Assembly (NCBI RefSeq): GCF_001194135.2 | Contig: NC_068986.1 | Coordinates: forward strand, 27,578,357-27,642,356 | Direction: 5' to 3' | Length of the DNA stretch: 64,000 nucleotides | From: Octopus bimaculoides | Taxonomy: Eukaryota | Shown here: piece after piece, positions 1 to 13,056 of the stretch | Layout of the letters: each line of letters opens with the position of its first letter | How positions within the stretch are numbered: the first letter of the stretch is position 1 | Notes under the pieces: generated by a model | Seen by the model: only the letters and a program-made list of their open reading frames with translations | Told to the model about the DNA's origin: nothing | The model's database searches: none | Position numbers and translations under genes: made by a program

Positions 1-449
1 TTGTGGTCAAAGTCCTATTTTGAAAAAGCTGGATCTTGTTGCATTGTTCTGTGTACTTCATATATATTGATGCAATACAAAAACAGGCAATTGTTGAAAA
101 GAATCGTAATACTGGCCAAAAGAATAAAGTGGAAACTTCTTTGGAGAACACCTTCCGAGAACAATCATAACACGAAAGGTGGTGATGTTGGTGGGAAATA
201 GAATGAGGTGGGGGTAGAGAGAGAGAGAGAGAGAGATTGAAATTCATGTTGTTATGACTTCATGAATAACCCATCATGTTTCGTTGAAGACGAGTAGAAC
301 ATTTTAATATATTATGTATGTAAGCAATGACAACTTCCATTATATTTTCACAATGGTCTAAGTAAAATTAAACGTGATCATATCAAGACAGAATGCTTAA
401 ATACAACACAAAAACGAATAGATAAAATAAGATAAATAGGTGAAGTAAA

Positions 450-489
<40 letters not shown>

Positions 490-654
490 TAAAAGTTGTA
501 TTCTGTTGGAATTACATATTAAACTAAATGTCAGTTGACTCACTATTATAAACTAATTTTTTAGCGTAGGGTTGTACTTTCAATTATCAAAGTTAGTCTC
601 TCTTGTCTGTGGTATCCTTGCCTGACAAGGGCAGTTATCTGTAGCTTGGGTTTC

Positions 655-1345
655 ATTATGGCTGTTTAGCCCCATCTCAATGTCAATCAAGCAGATGGCC
701 TATTATCAGTAGCATTCCAGCCATGACCATCCTGTCTTTTTAGGAGATATGTTTTGGATTGGCTTATCCAGTGTGTTTTTTTCCTTTCCTAAGTCTGGTT
801 TCAAGGAGATTTGGTTGCTATTTCTAGCGACCATGTAGAGAGGTTTTCATGTTGGCCAGTAGTTTGTTTTGGTTGTTGTTTGTGATATTGTTGTTTAACT
901 CCAGGTCAACCCTGATTGAGCAGATTTATGAACAAAGGCATTCCAACTGTGACCTCTTTCTCCTTTTAGAGCTATGCAGGACTACATTATTCACTGTCCT
1001 ATTCTTATTTAAGACACCAAGGTGTGATTTGAGGGAGATTTGGCTACTATTCCCAATGGATAGAGTGACTATGTAAAGGCTTCCTTGATTGATATTTTAT
1101 CACATAGCATGCATCACTCCTCCAATTATTTTATTTTGTGGTGGTGGTGATAGTTATTGCTTAACTTCAGATCAATCCTATAACAAAAAGTATTCCAACC
1201 TTTGCCATCACACCCTTTCTCATAGATCTATATATTATTACAACGTTTGATATCCTCCCTCCATTTTTTGATGGTATGCTGTGTGACTTGAGGGAAATTT
1301 AGCTGCTATTTCTTACCAGTTGAAGAACCATTGTAGATGCATTTT
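655..1345 (-). mobile_element. Three tandem degenerate copies of family E, an (AAC)n-tailed SINE-like repeat
   Basis: Motifs GGAGATTTGG(T/C)T(G/A)CTA(T/C)T and CATTCCA(G/A)C recur about three times; GTTGTTGTTT tail near 870-895; further remnants at ~1410-1535, 8615-8790, 16065-16140, 27285-27375, 42545-42770, 58745-58820. Confidence 0.75.
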
Positions 1346-1639
1346 TCTTGGTTCATTGTTTGATCTTTGTTGCCAAAACTTGCAAAGTGTCAAGTCAGTT
1401 GGTGACCAGACAATCGAGGGAGCTCTCTTGTAGCTACCAAATCTCTCTAAAAAAAATAGGACATATTACAGGATATTGTCCTAGATGCACTGATTCCAGA
1501 CTGACTATGGTATAGCTGGGTCTTGATATGAAACATTAAGACAGCAAAGCAAATTCAAAGAAACTGAAGTGAAGCTACCTAAACACACACACACACACAC
1601 ACACACATACACATATATATGTATAGCTGTCTGGCTTCC

Positions 1640-1887
1640 ATGCTAGTGGCCCGTAAATAGCACCATTTGAGTGTAATCGTTACCAGTGTTGCCTTCTAGC
1701 ACTTGTGCTGGTGGCATGTTAGAAAATGATTCGAGCGAGGTCATTGTCAGTGCCGCTGGACTGGCTCCCGTGCAAGTGGCATGTAAAATACACCTTTTTG
1801 AGCGTTGCTGTTGCCAGTACTGTGTGACTGGCCCTCATGCTGGTGGCACGTAAAAGCACCCACTACACTCTCGGAGTGGTTGGCGAA
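1640..1887 (+). mobile_element. Family B repeat, 3'-truncated (internal GTGCCnGTGGCAC unit array)
   Basis: Repeated GGTGGCA(C/T)GTAAAA units ending CACTACACTCTCGGAGTGGTTGGCG, as in 11533-11861 and 16392-16790. Confidence 0.85.
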
Positions 1888-2184
1888 TTGGTGAATTGCA
1901 TCATGGTGCTGTTTGTTTTTTTGAGATGGTACCCAACTGACCCTACTACACTCTGTAGTCAACAAAATCAAAAACAATGTGCATGTGCGAAATAAAAAAT
2001 ATAAAATGGCGACTATTTACTCATCGCACCCATATTTCTATGTATGCACATACACGCATGTGTGTGAATGTATATATGTATGCATATTGATGTATGTGTG
2101 TGTATGTATGCATATATATATGTTTAATGCATTTGATGGCATGAAAAACGTATGGGTATATTAAATACATACCAATTTCTGCAG

Positions 2185-2259
2185 TGCCTATTCATGGAAA
2201 AAGTTTTTGATGTATTGAAGCATGTAAAATTTAAACCAGCTTTGCATATAAGACCTAGG
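2185..2259 (+). CDS. Candidate orphan exon, 75 nt, phase 0/0 (CLFMEKVFDVLKHVKFKPALHIRPR)
   Basis: TTTCTGCAG acceptor, AGG|GTAAAT donor, only one open frame; no recognised homology. Confidence 0.2.
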
Positions 2260-2795
2260 GTAAATTTTGGGGAATCTTTTTTTCTGAGAGGAAAGAAGTG
2301 CATTATCTTATATACCATCAAATACAGTATCATCATCAACTTCATCATTATGTAATTCAGCCATGGACTTGGATATCTCTAAATTAGCTAATTACAGATA
2401 TTCACAGGCCTTCAAATGGCATATACACAAGTTTACAGCATCAAAATTTTGAAATTGTAATTTCAAGAAACGAAAGTTACTTAGGTATAATAGTCTTTTG
2501 TTATTTGATATTGTAATATCAATGATTGTCCACCTAAGCACAGTCATTCTAATAAAGTATCTGACAGGTAAGGATATACAATACATGTTTAAATGAAAAT
2601 TTAATTGTAGAGCTTCCATGAATTCCTCCTTGCCTGTTGCCATGCTGAGATTGAAATGAGCTAACACAGTAGAACATGGCATCTGTAGCCTGGAAATACT
2701 TATTATACAAGTTTTCTGTAATTTTCTTTTTTTCTTCTTTTTTTTTTGGTTTTCTTTTTGTTTGTTTTTGCTTTATCTGTTTGCAATTGCTTTAG

Positions 2796-2852
2796 AATGA
2801 GCCTGTAGATTTGAACAGCATACAAACTCCATTAGAAAATGTGGAAGCCTAG
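2796..2852 (+). CDS. Candidate terminal coding exon (NEPVDLNSIQTPLENVEA*)
   Basis: Follows a ~70-nt T-rich tract ending GCTTTAG; phase-0 reading gives an ordinary-composition peptide; no recognised homology. Confidence 0.2.
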   Translation, partial: NEPVDLNSIQTPLENVEA

Positions 2853-2974
2853 ATTACAGATCATTATATAATTGATTGTTTCCGAGTTTGTCTTGGCTTT
2901 AACTGTTCGTTGTTTTCTCCCATAAGATAAGCATAACTGGTGCCACGCACAAACACTTAGCTATGCTAGATGCT

Positions 2975-2977
2975 CCT

Positions 2978-3011
<34 letters not shown>

Positions 3012-3021
3012 CTAGCTATAC

Positions 3022-3059
<38 letters not shown>

Positions 3060-3354
3060 GATCTAGCTATATCACACACACAATTACACTACACACACAC
3101 ATACACCTAGCTAACTTAGCTAGCAGTACCCCTTCCACACGCACGCACACACACACACACACACATCTTGCTATGATACACACATACACACACCTTACTA
3201 TGTTACACAGACACATCTACACCTTACTATGCTACACATACAGACACACACACACACCTTGCTGAGTTACACATATTTAACAGTACCATGCACACATGCA
3301 TCTGGTTACCTACACCACACATTCACAAATATGTAAACTTTGCCAGCTATACCA

Positions 3355-3385
<31 letters not shown>

Positions 3386-3545
3386 AATCACATGCATTTA
3401 ACTACACCACACACTTGACTACACTGTACACACATACACCTAGATAACTATGCTACACACTCACAAGTATGTGAACTTAGCTAGCATTACCACACACACA
3501 CTCACACACATGCGCACACACATACACACATGCATACATTCACCC
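2975..3545. repeat. Compound (CA)n satellite punctuated by CTAGCTAT / CTATG(C/T)TA motifs
   Basis: Read directly from the sequence. Confidence 0.85.
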
Positions 3546-4441
3546 TCTTCACATGCATACAGTTATAAAGAGAGAGACATGTTGTCTGCTGCTGGTTAAC
3601 ATATCTCACGAGAGACAACAATAATGGCTTTTATTTCCCAAAGCTACTTGAATACATTTTGCATTTGACTCAGGGAATTCGTTCACGAAGAATCGCTGTG
3701 AAATTCCAAATAACTAGTGTAAAGGGACTATCATAAAGCTCACACACAATTATTTGGTCCATTTTTGACTCCTCCCCAACAACTACAACCACAGATTTTT
3801 TGATTGATGCACCGTACCACTCCAAATCAGTTATTCAAAACATGTTGAATTGTTTGTTTTACAAAGATGGATTTTCCTCCGACTTGCTCCTCTCTGCCCA
3901 CCACCATCACCACTACCACCACCACCACCACCACCATCTCCAAACTCCAATTAAATGACAGAAATGAATTGGATAAATATTGAATGAATTGTTTTCCCCC
4001 TCCCCCTTTCCTTCTATAATTGAGCCAGCTCAATTATATTTCAGATCTGAATAATATATCCCAGTTTGTTAAATAAATGGCACCACAAGAAATTAAATCT
4101 TAATTCTTCTTAGTTCTTGAATCTTCTTTCACCCTTTGTTCCCCCACCCCTTTGTATATCTAAAGTTCTCCAAGATTACTCTAGTTTTGAACTAAATATC
4201 AGTTTTAACACCATTATTATTTGTATTAAAGTGAAGAGCTAGTTGAATCATTGGAGTGTGGGGCAAAATGCATGGTGGCATTTGGTTTTTGGTGTCTCCT
4301 TACACTCTGCATACACATACAAACTTGATCAAGATTTATTTTTCCGAAAGACTAGCAGTGGGGAAGAAGTCAAATGCATCTAAGGAGCAGTCAAGAAACC
4401 TTGAAATGATCCATCAGGAGATTTGCTCTCGTTTTCAGTTC

Positions 4442-4592
4442 AGACGTGGTTGTATGGTTAAGAAGCTTGCTTCTCAACCATGTATGTGGTCTTGGGATCA
4501 GTTCCATGGCATAGCATATTGGGCAAGTGTCTTCTACTATGGCCTCAATCTGATTAAAGCCATGTGAGTGGATTTGGTCAATGAAAACCTGT

Positions 4593-4629
<37 letters not shown>

Positions 4630-4816
4630 ATCCTACCATTGCTTGACAGCTGGTGTTGGTTTCTTTACACCCTTGTAATGTTAGTGGTTTAGCAAATGAG
4701 ATTTATGGAATAAGCACCAAACTCATTAAAAAAGATAAAAGTACTTGGCATGATTTGTTTGCCTAACTCTTTCAAGGCAGTGTCACAGCATGGCCACTGT
4801 CCAATGATCGAAAAAG
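4442..4816 (+). mobile_element. Family A tRNA-derived SINE, old near-full-length copy
   Basis: Head GTGGTTGTATGGTTAAGAAGCTTGC, core TTGGGCAAGTGTCTTCTACTAT, internal (TG)n, 3' end CAGCATGGCCAC. Confidence 0.85.
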
Positions 4817-5034
4817 TTGCCCATGGCTTGTGCATGCGAGTTTCAATTCTCTCTGTCGCTGGTGTTTATCCAAGAGACAGGTTTTTGCTTTGGACTGATA
4901 CAACCTGGCACTAGTGTCATTGCAGGTGTTGCTGTGAAAAATGCACAAGAATCAGATCAGATATCACAAAAAATTTGCCCTCGGCCTCTTATCTGTTTCA
5001 CCAATTCACCTACCTAGATTGGCACATATTTTTT

Positions 5035-5160
5035 CTTTTTTATCCACTCTGAAAGAACGAAAGGCAAAATGAAACTGGTCAGGATTTGAACTCAACGTGT
5101 AGACAGTCAGAACAAATACTACAAACCGTCTCAATGTTGTAATGATTCTGCCAGCTCACT
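5035..5160 (-). mobile_element. Family C SINE remnant
   Basis: GATTTGAACTCA (B-box reverse complement) and GATTCTGCCAGCTCAC head; similar remnants at ~6350-6520, 6600-6750, 9915-10020, 17595-17745. Confidence 0.75.
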
Positions 5161-5624
5161 TTTTAAAAGAAGACCATTTGTCTGATTGGTAAACAGCGTG
5201 TTTCAGTCTTTTTTTTCACCAACACATCACTGCTATATCTACTACAGTTACTTCATGCCTTTTTACACCAACTCCCCCCCCCTCCCCCTCCAAACTGTTT
5301 TTCTCTTTGTTATACTTCCTGCTTGGGATCACATAATACATTCTCTCCTCCTCTCATCATCCCTCATGTATTTTTGTTTCTATGTAAAACACAAGAAAGA
5401 TGATAAGAGGAAGGTAAACTTTGTCCTAGAGACTTTAAAAAAATCTATGAACTAAAAAGATGAAGAAGAGGAAGATAAACCATCCTATAAATTCTGCCAA
5501 ATTCGAGAATGGCATCTCTGGAATTACTTCTTCCTTGCTTACATTATTCTTGCAAATATTCAAACAAATTGAATATTCTCCACAGTAGTATCACCTGTCA
5601 GATAGTTGCCCCTCCTTGTTTCCA

Positions 5625-5663
<39 letters not shown>

Positions 5664-6186
5664 TTGGATATGTGTATACAATAATAAAAATAATGATGAT
5701 TTATTTTAATTTACACATGTTTGTATGTGTGAATTTTTTTTACACCTTGGATATTTATTTAGTGAATACTTTTAGAAATATGAAACTGTTCTGTTAGGAA
5801 TATATAACCAATTAATCTAATTCCCCCTCTCCATCATAACACTTCAGTAATCAGGAGAAATTATCATAATTATTGTAAGGGAATTACTAACATTTATTAC
5901 TGTTGTTGGTAACGACCTCCGCCCTGTAACGCTAACAATAAATAACAGTAAATAATAATAATAATAAGTATTTTCCAACACTACATACTGGAGCAAAACA
6001 AACACAGAACAACTTTAATCACAGTGGTAACTACATAGTCAATTAAACAAAGCAATTTAAGACCCACTGAACTGAAGAGCCATTATTAGCTCGTTAAGAA
6101 AAGGCAAGTAACTACAACTTGATGTTGCCCACTCCAAATAAATACAAGGAAATTAAAAAAAAAAACATGGTTCTCACCCAGCAGCC

Positions 6187-6235
<49 letters not shown>

Positions 6236-6927
6236 CTTCTTTCTTTCTCTCTCTCTCTCTCTTTCTCTCATAGAAAGACTTTTGTTTGAAAAGAAAACAT
6301 TGCGAATGACTTCTTATGTAGGCTCAAGGTTACATATTCGAGAATAAATAGGTCCAGTTAATTATACCACATCTGTCATCCAATACATGACTGGTACTTA
6401 ATTGATTCCAGGAAGTTGAAAGTTTAAACTGTTAACCTTGGCAGAATTTGAGCTCAGAACATAAAACTATGCAACTAATAAATGCCACAAAATATTTTGT
6501 CCATTGCTCTAACAATTCTCTGAATCCACCATGATTATAATAAATAATAAGAATGGCTCATGGTTATTAATTCATTTAATTTGCATAGGGTGTTACAGTC
6601 AGGTTAATTGACTCCTATTAATTAATATGTATTTTATTGACTCAGAAACAATGAAAGAGTGAAGTTGATCTTTGGTAGAATTTGAGCTCAGAATGTGCAG
6701 TGCTGTAACCAAGCACCACAACACATTTTAGCAGTTGCCTTATCATTTCTGTCATTTAGGGGTTTTCAATGAGTATTACCAGTACAAAGTTATGTGTAGA
6801 TATCCATTTTTGGAAGGTGATAGACTTGTATCGCTTGAAAATTGTCTGAACTGCTGACTCACATGAAACTATTAACAATGGTGTGTTAATCTATAGATTT
6901 GACAATATCATACTATATCATAATATA

Positions 6928-7139
6928 CAGGGTGGCCCAAAAATAGGCTTACAGTTATTCAACTATCTCTTTCACATTCATATATTAACAGTTTAGATCT
7001 TAATAATAAAAGAATATGACACCTTTATTCTGTGCTAATTTAGTTAATTGTAAGATAGAAATTCAAATGTAATAAAATGTTTTAAAAGAAATTTAAAGTG
7101 CCTACATGATAATTATAAACCTACTTTTAAGCCACCCTG
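6928..7139. mobile_element. Tc1/mariner-type MITE (212 bp)
   Basis: 31-bp TIRs CAGGGTGGCCCAAAAATAGGCTTACAGTTAT and ATAATTATAAACCTACTTTTAAGCCACCCTG (6 mismatches); TA on the left, TG on the right; no ORF. Confidence 0.85.
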
Positions 7140-7850
7140 TGTGTGTATATATATATATAATGTATGTATAATGGTATTGTCAAATCTATAAATTAGCAAA
7201 TCATTGATAATAGTAATTACAGGCCTTGTGCTAAAATTTGAAACCAACATAAGTCTTTCTGGTTCTCTGTCTCTTTGTTTATTTTTTCACATTTCTGGCA
7301 GTATCCAATTGTTTGAGTTAAGTTGAGTATACTAAAACTTACTGATTTTAGAGATAGTGGCAAACTGCTCTTCTCTGCAAGCTCCCTTGCTTTGAATACT
7401 TTCTTATTAACTTTTTATTATTCCATTTCTTTTTTTCAACAAAGAGAAAAAAAGAAACAAAAAAAAAACAAAAAAAAAAACAAACAAACAAACAAAAAAC
7501 GAATTTTTCTTTCTTCCATTCAAATACTTTCAAATTATAAACAAGAAATAGCAGAAAAGTATAGCTCAAAAATTTTAAATTTAAAACTAAGAAAAAAAAA
7601 ATTTTTTTTTAAATTAAATTTCATTCCTTGGCAGATTATGTGTTCTTTTGGCTTTTTCTTGTTCCATATTTTTCTAACAGTTCATGCTTTTCAGTTGCAT
7701 TAAATCTGCAATAATTTCTACTCTTGAACAGTTCAGTATTAATTACTCCACATTTTAATGCACCAATTCCTGTTTCTGTTTAAGTTTTTCTGTGGTTTTC
7801 CTTTATTTTTTTCCCTTTTGTCACGCTTTCTTTCTTTAACTTCTTTTTCA

Positions 7851-7890
<40 letters not shown>

Positions 7891-9042
7891 TCCCTCTCAT
7901 CTAAATTAATGGCTGCTTTTTCACTGCTTTAAAGAGCTTTCTGTATAAATAAGAAACTGTAGCAGTTGAAATGTTTTGATGTTTGATTGCTAAAACATCC
8001 CTCTGGATTTGCTTTGTTTATTAGCTGAACTCGATATATGTTATGAAATATTTTTCTCTCTCTCTCTTTCTTTCTTTTCTTTTTCTTTTTTTTTGTTATT
8101 CAATATTTATTTATTTGTTTATTTATCTTCTTCAAAAGAAGGAACAAGACAAAAATAAATAAAATAAAATAAAATAAAAGCAAAAAAAATAAATGAAAGA
8201 AAGGAAAGCAAAATAGAAATCAAAAAGAATTACCATTTCATTTTTATTATAGAAATTCATATTTCTAGCTCAGCTTCTGTTCATNNNNNNNNNNTTTTTT
8301 TTTTTTTTTTTTTTAATTTTAGGTGTTTGATAAATTTTTCTTCAATAAAAGTTCAGCTTGCATTGGAGAAAAAAAAAAATCTCCCCCCTCTCGTTCGCTC
8401 ACTCTCTCTCTCTCTCTTTCACTCGCTCTCTGTCTCTCCCTCTCTCACTCACTTTCTCACTCCCATGCACACACACTTTCTCATTTATGTCATATGAAGC
8501 TTCTTGATGACTGCATAGTCTTAGCTTGAAAAGGTCTCTTTCATCATCTTCAGTGTTGGTTGGCCCTGCTCAGCTCCTTCAAAGAGAGAGAGAGAGATGA
8601 GTAATTAAGAAGTGTCTACATGCTAGAAACAACAGCCAAATTTCCCTCAAATCATACCCTACTGACTTAAATAAAGAAGGGTACATCGGACAACATAACT
8701 CTAGATATACAAAAACTCAGAGTGATTAAAGATGGGAGACCTTTTGACCATAAATCCATTCAGTTGAGACTGACATGGGGCCAAACAGGAAAAATGACTA
8801 CAAGTAGCCATGTCAGTCCTTGGAAGTATATTAGTGTTGCAGGTTATATACTACACTTGGTTCACTCTTGAGCCTATGCCACCTTGTTGCTGCAGTTAGG
8901 TTGTTTTAGGCATAATTTGACAGTTGCATATCTGGTAGCTAAAATATACACTTAAAAGGTATAGTGTTAAAGCAATGAACATTTACTGAAAATATGTATT
9001 CAATATTGAAGACTATTAAATTATGTATATGAGGGGGCACTA

Positions 9043-9275
9043 AAAAGTTTTAGTAGTATATATAGATAGATGTATGCATGCAAGCAAGCAAGCACGATGC
9101 AAGCAAATGATCAGAGTTTTAATAGTATATAGATATAAGCACACACGCAAGCAAGCAAGCAAGCACAAAGTTTTAGTAGAATATATATATATATATATAG
9201 ATAGATATAAATATAGATACAAGCATGCAAGCAAGCACATTGCAAGCAAGCAATCAGAGTTTAAGTAGTATATAG
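9043..9275. repeat. Compound tandem repeat: [AGTTTTAGTAGTATATAGAT...(GCAA)n] x4
   Basis: Unit starts near 9046, 9112, 9165, 9254. Confidence 0.85.
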
Positions 9276-9359
9276 ATTTGTGTGTCTATTGACCTGCTTG
9301 GTAGCAGATGAGTTGATCTGTAGCAAGTAGATCTGTTGTCAGTTGAATGATTTGGTGTA

Positions 9360-9582
9360 CAGTAATCCCTCCCCATATCGTGGTCCACCTATCGCTGTTT
9401 ATTATTTAAGCTTACATTGATTCCTCCATGGTGTTGTTTTGCATTTATGATAAAATAAATACATACAAATTATGGGGTAAAAAAAAGATACAGTACAGTA
9501 CTGTTTTTACTTAGTGGATTTTCATCTATCGTGGGGTGGGTGGGTTTGGAACATAACCCCTGCAATAGTCAAGGGATTACTG
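9360..9582. mobile_element. Tigger/pogo-like (TcMar) MITE (223 bp)
   Basis: TIRs CAGTAATCCCT... / ...AGGGATTACTG with a TA duplication on both sides (9358-59, 9583-84). Confidence 0.9.
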
Positions 9583-11104
9583 TAGTTGATGATTCATTAC
9601 TCTAAATTTATCATTGCTTTTTACTTATTTGGGGATTACACTACATTCTTTCACATGCTGTCATTCACTATATGCGGTGCAGTATGACAGTTAGGGCATG
9701 CAGCATTTTAAAATCTTACTACATTATGTAACAGTGTGGTTAAGAAGCAACCATATGGTTTTGAGTTCAGACCCATTGTGTGGTGTCTTGGGCAGGGGTC
9801 TTCTACTATAGCCCAGGTCGGGTGATTTTGGTAAATGGAAACTGTGGAATCCCATCATATATAAATGATGTAAGTTTTGACACCATATTGACTGTAGTGG
9901 TAGTATACTGACTGAATTATTAGAGTGCTGGGTAGAATGATTCATGGTATTTATCTCAATTCTCTGTGCTGAGTTCAAATCCTACTGAGGTCAACTTCAC
10001 TCTTTGTCCTCAATAAAAAAATGTACTAATTTATGGGGATAGGTTAGGAGAGCACTTAGAAGACTGGGCAAGATGCCTTACCATATCTGTTCTAGTTCTT
10101 TGTATTCTGACAACAATGTCTGTGATGCCTCTGATACCAAGTAACGTTGGCCTAAGCCAGTGGCTTTTCCCTTGGTTAAATATCAACTATAAACTTGCAT
10201 GTATGAGCAACTCCTTATCTTCTTCAAGAATGGAAAGAAAACTGCCCATCTCTGTACATATGTGTGTGGATGCGTGGTCAGCATTTACTGACTGAGACCT
10301 GAAACCTTTTGATTGTATTAGTGACACCATATTGAATGCAACAGCACCACCATACCGATTGCAGTATCGGCACTATATTGTATGCAATAACGAGACTACA
10401 CTGACTGTAATGTGAAGGCCAGATTTATTAGGACTAGAAATTTTAATATTTGCATATGAATTAAAGTACAACCTGCATGTACAGTTAATATGCATATATT
10501 AGCTCATTTCCACTACTGAAGAATGAAAGCCTGTAGCCAACTGGAATAAGTGCATAGAACTCAGTACCCACCATATAAAGAATATAAACCAACCCCGTAC
10601 CTATTATTCATTCAACATATTCTGATATATTCATGAGGAGTGAACAATAGGTATGTTTCTGTGTAATCTAATATGTGTGACTTGTCTGTAATATTGTTTT
10701 ATAACAGGACATTTCCCAAATATATTTAGATCAGGTCTATGTAAACATATGTCACTATTTGAAGTGTATACAATGTGATTGATGAATGGACTTTGTAATG
10801 TCCAACTTTATGCTTTGATTGTTGTTGTCGTTGGTTGCTTTTTTTTATACTTATATTCCAACTCCAACATTAATATATAAAGGAGAAACATGATAATTTC
10901 ATTTTGAAGAAAAAAAATGGCAGTTGTTTATGTAATATTCTAAATTTGATAAAAATGATTTACTCATTCCCTGTTCCTCAATAAAAACTCATTGTGTTGG
11001 AGAGCAAACATTCTAAAATATAACAGATATATACAAGATATCTCCATAAAGAAACCAAACTTAAAAAAAAAACCGGAAAAACCATTTATTGCTTTACTTA
11101 CAAT

Positions 11105-11200
11105 TTAATCAGACATATCTTCTTGATAGTAGTTCCTTTTACTGTTGATATAACTGTTCCCAATGTTCTTCCAGTCTTGGAATGCATTTCCAGGAATAGT
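11105..11200 (-). pseudogene. Relic of a mariner (DD34D-type) transposase C-terminus
   Basis: Minus strand reads AFQDWK, a frameshifted WEQ, then INSKRNYYQED*; resembles the recalled mariner C-terminal motif FQxWKxRWxKCIxxxGxYFE. Confidence 0.5.
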
Positions 11201-11228
11201 GTACTGTCTTCATAGTAAATATTCTGTA

Positions 11229-11532
11229 GGCGTAGGAGTGGCTGTGTGGTAAGTAGCTTGCTTACCAACCACATGGTTCTGGGTTCATTCCCACTGCGTG
11301 GCACCTTGGGCAAGTGTCTTCTACTATAACCTCGGGCCGACCAAAGCCTTGTGAGTGAATTTGGTAGATGGANNNNNNNNNNAGTGTCTTCTACTATAAC
11401 CTCGGGCCGACCAAAGCCTTGTGAGTGAATTTGGTAGATGGAAACTGAAAGAAGCCCGTCGTATATATGTATATATATATATGTATATATATGTATGTGT
11501 GTGTATATGTTTGTGTCTGTGTTTGTCCCCCC
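11229..11532 (+). mobile_element. Family A SINE, young 5' part (contains a 10-N gap with duplicated overlap)
   Basis: GGCGTAGGAGTGGCTGTGTGGTAAG head, GGTTCATTCCC B-box-like motif, CCTTGGGCAAGT CORE-like motif, internal (TA)/(TG) tract. Confidence 0.95.
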
Positions 11533-11861
11533 TTCCTGGCACTTGTGCCAGTGGCACTTAAAGAGACATTCGAGCGAGATCATTGCCAGTACCGCTCGAC
11601 TGGCTCCTGTGCAGGTGGCACATAAAATACACCATTTCGAGCGTGGCCGTTACCAGTACTTCCTGACTGGCCTTTGTGCCGGTGGCACGTAAAAACACCC
11701 ACTACACTCTCGGAGTGGTTGGTGTTAGGAAGGGCATCCAGCTGTAGAAACTCTGCCAAATCAGATTGGAGCCTCGTGTAGCCATCTGGTTCACCAGTCC
11801 TCAGTCAAATTGTCCAACCCATGCTAGCATGGAAAGCGGACGTTAAACGATGATGATGATG
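11533..11861 (+). mobile_element. Family B repeat with (GAT)n tail, abutting family A
   Basis: Unit array, GGTTGGTGTTAGGAAGGGCATCCAGCTGTAG, tail GGACGTTAAACGATGATGATGATG. Confidence 0.95.
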
Positions 11862-12089
11862 CTAACTGACTGTGACATGATTTTTATGTTGTTCTTCAAG
11901 TTCACCATCAGACATAGTGCAATTTTTGCAGGAACATTATGCATCTTTAGTTTTTCTCTTAAAATCATGCGATACTTACTCGTTTTGGACTTACGGGCAA
12001 TCAGGGAATGATTTAAAAAACAAGTTTTTATGGTATACAAGTAGTATACATTTGCAATACAATCATCATTTCTTGTCATGGAAGACGTT

Positions 12090-12458
12090 TGTTTAGTAAG
12101 AAGTTTTGCTTTCCGACCACATGGTTCTGGGTTCAGTCCCATTGTGTGACACCTTGAGCAGGTGTCTTCTATTATAGCCATGGGCCAGCCGAAGCCTTGC
12201 AAGTGGGTTTGGTGGATGAAAACTGAAAAAGTCCTTCGTGTGTGTGTGTGTGTGTCTGTGTCCCCCGCCCCCATCACTGCTTGATGACTGGTGTTAGTTT
12301 TCTTACATCCCCTGTAACTTAGTGGTTTGGCAAACAGACTGGTAGAATAAGTATCAGCAAAAGACAAGTACTGGAGTCGATTTATTTGACTAAACTCTTC
12401 AGAGTGGTGCCCTAACGTGACTGCAGCCTAATGATGGAAACAAGTAAAAAATAAAAGA
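12090..12458 (+). mobile_element. Family A SINE, near full length
   Basis: Colinear with the other A copies. Confidence 0.9.
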
Positions 12459-12654
12459 AAGTGCACTAAAATGTATTTTCACTGTAGCCCATAGAGATTG
12501 ATGAAGAGATGTGGCATGAAACTGCCATTTTTAGACTGAAGATACTGATCACTCATACACATCACCATAGTTGCAAGCACACTGTATCAGCTGGTCGACA
12601 TGCTGGTATAAAAATTTGGTTTCTTTTAGAGCAGATGTTTATAGAATAAAATCC

Positions 12655-12890
12655 GTATCATTATCATTGCTTTAATGTCCAATTTTCTATGCTAGCATTG
12701 GTGAGTACAGAATTTGTTGAGACAGACTTCCTCTAGTTGGATGCCCTTCCTGTCACCAACACTCATATTAGTATTTCCCCATAGCCAAATTTGTCTGCAT
12801 GAGTTAATTGGAAATGAATTGACATCACCTGAATAAAGGTGCTACTTGTTTACAACCTTCATGTAATGTAAAGATCACACACACACACGT
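12655..12890 (-). mobile_element. Family G repeat (shares the GGAAGGGCATCC motif and (GAT)n tail with B)
   Basis: GGATGCCCTTCCTGTCACCAAC; other copies at ~44280-44620 (inverted pair) and 47825-48068. Confidence 0.7.
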
Positions 12891-13056
12891 GCACATGAAA
12901 ATTCCTTCCACCCTAACTTCGCAGCTAAATAAATTGAAGTGAATAGATATTACACACCACCCATGCTAGCATTTTAACTCATTACTCAGTGACCGTTACC
13001 ATGTGCTGAACTTACATGTCCTAAATAGGACTAAAGAAGTGCATATGAGCAATCAT

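Noticed and set aside
1-201. Open frames at the window edge (for example DAIQKQAIVEKNRNTGQKNKVETSLENTFREQS*)
   Set aside because: No acceptor, start context or recognisable homology visible; upstream sequence is needed.
11313-11443. Apparent ~60-bp tandem duplication within a SINE
   Set aside because: Identical sequence on both sides of a 10-N spacer indicates an unmerged contig overlap; the same pattern occurs at 60758-60885.
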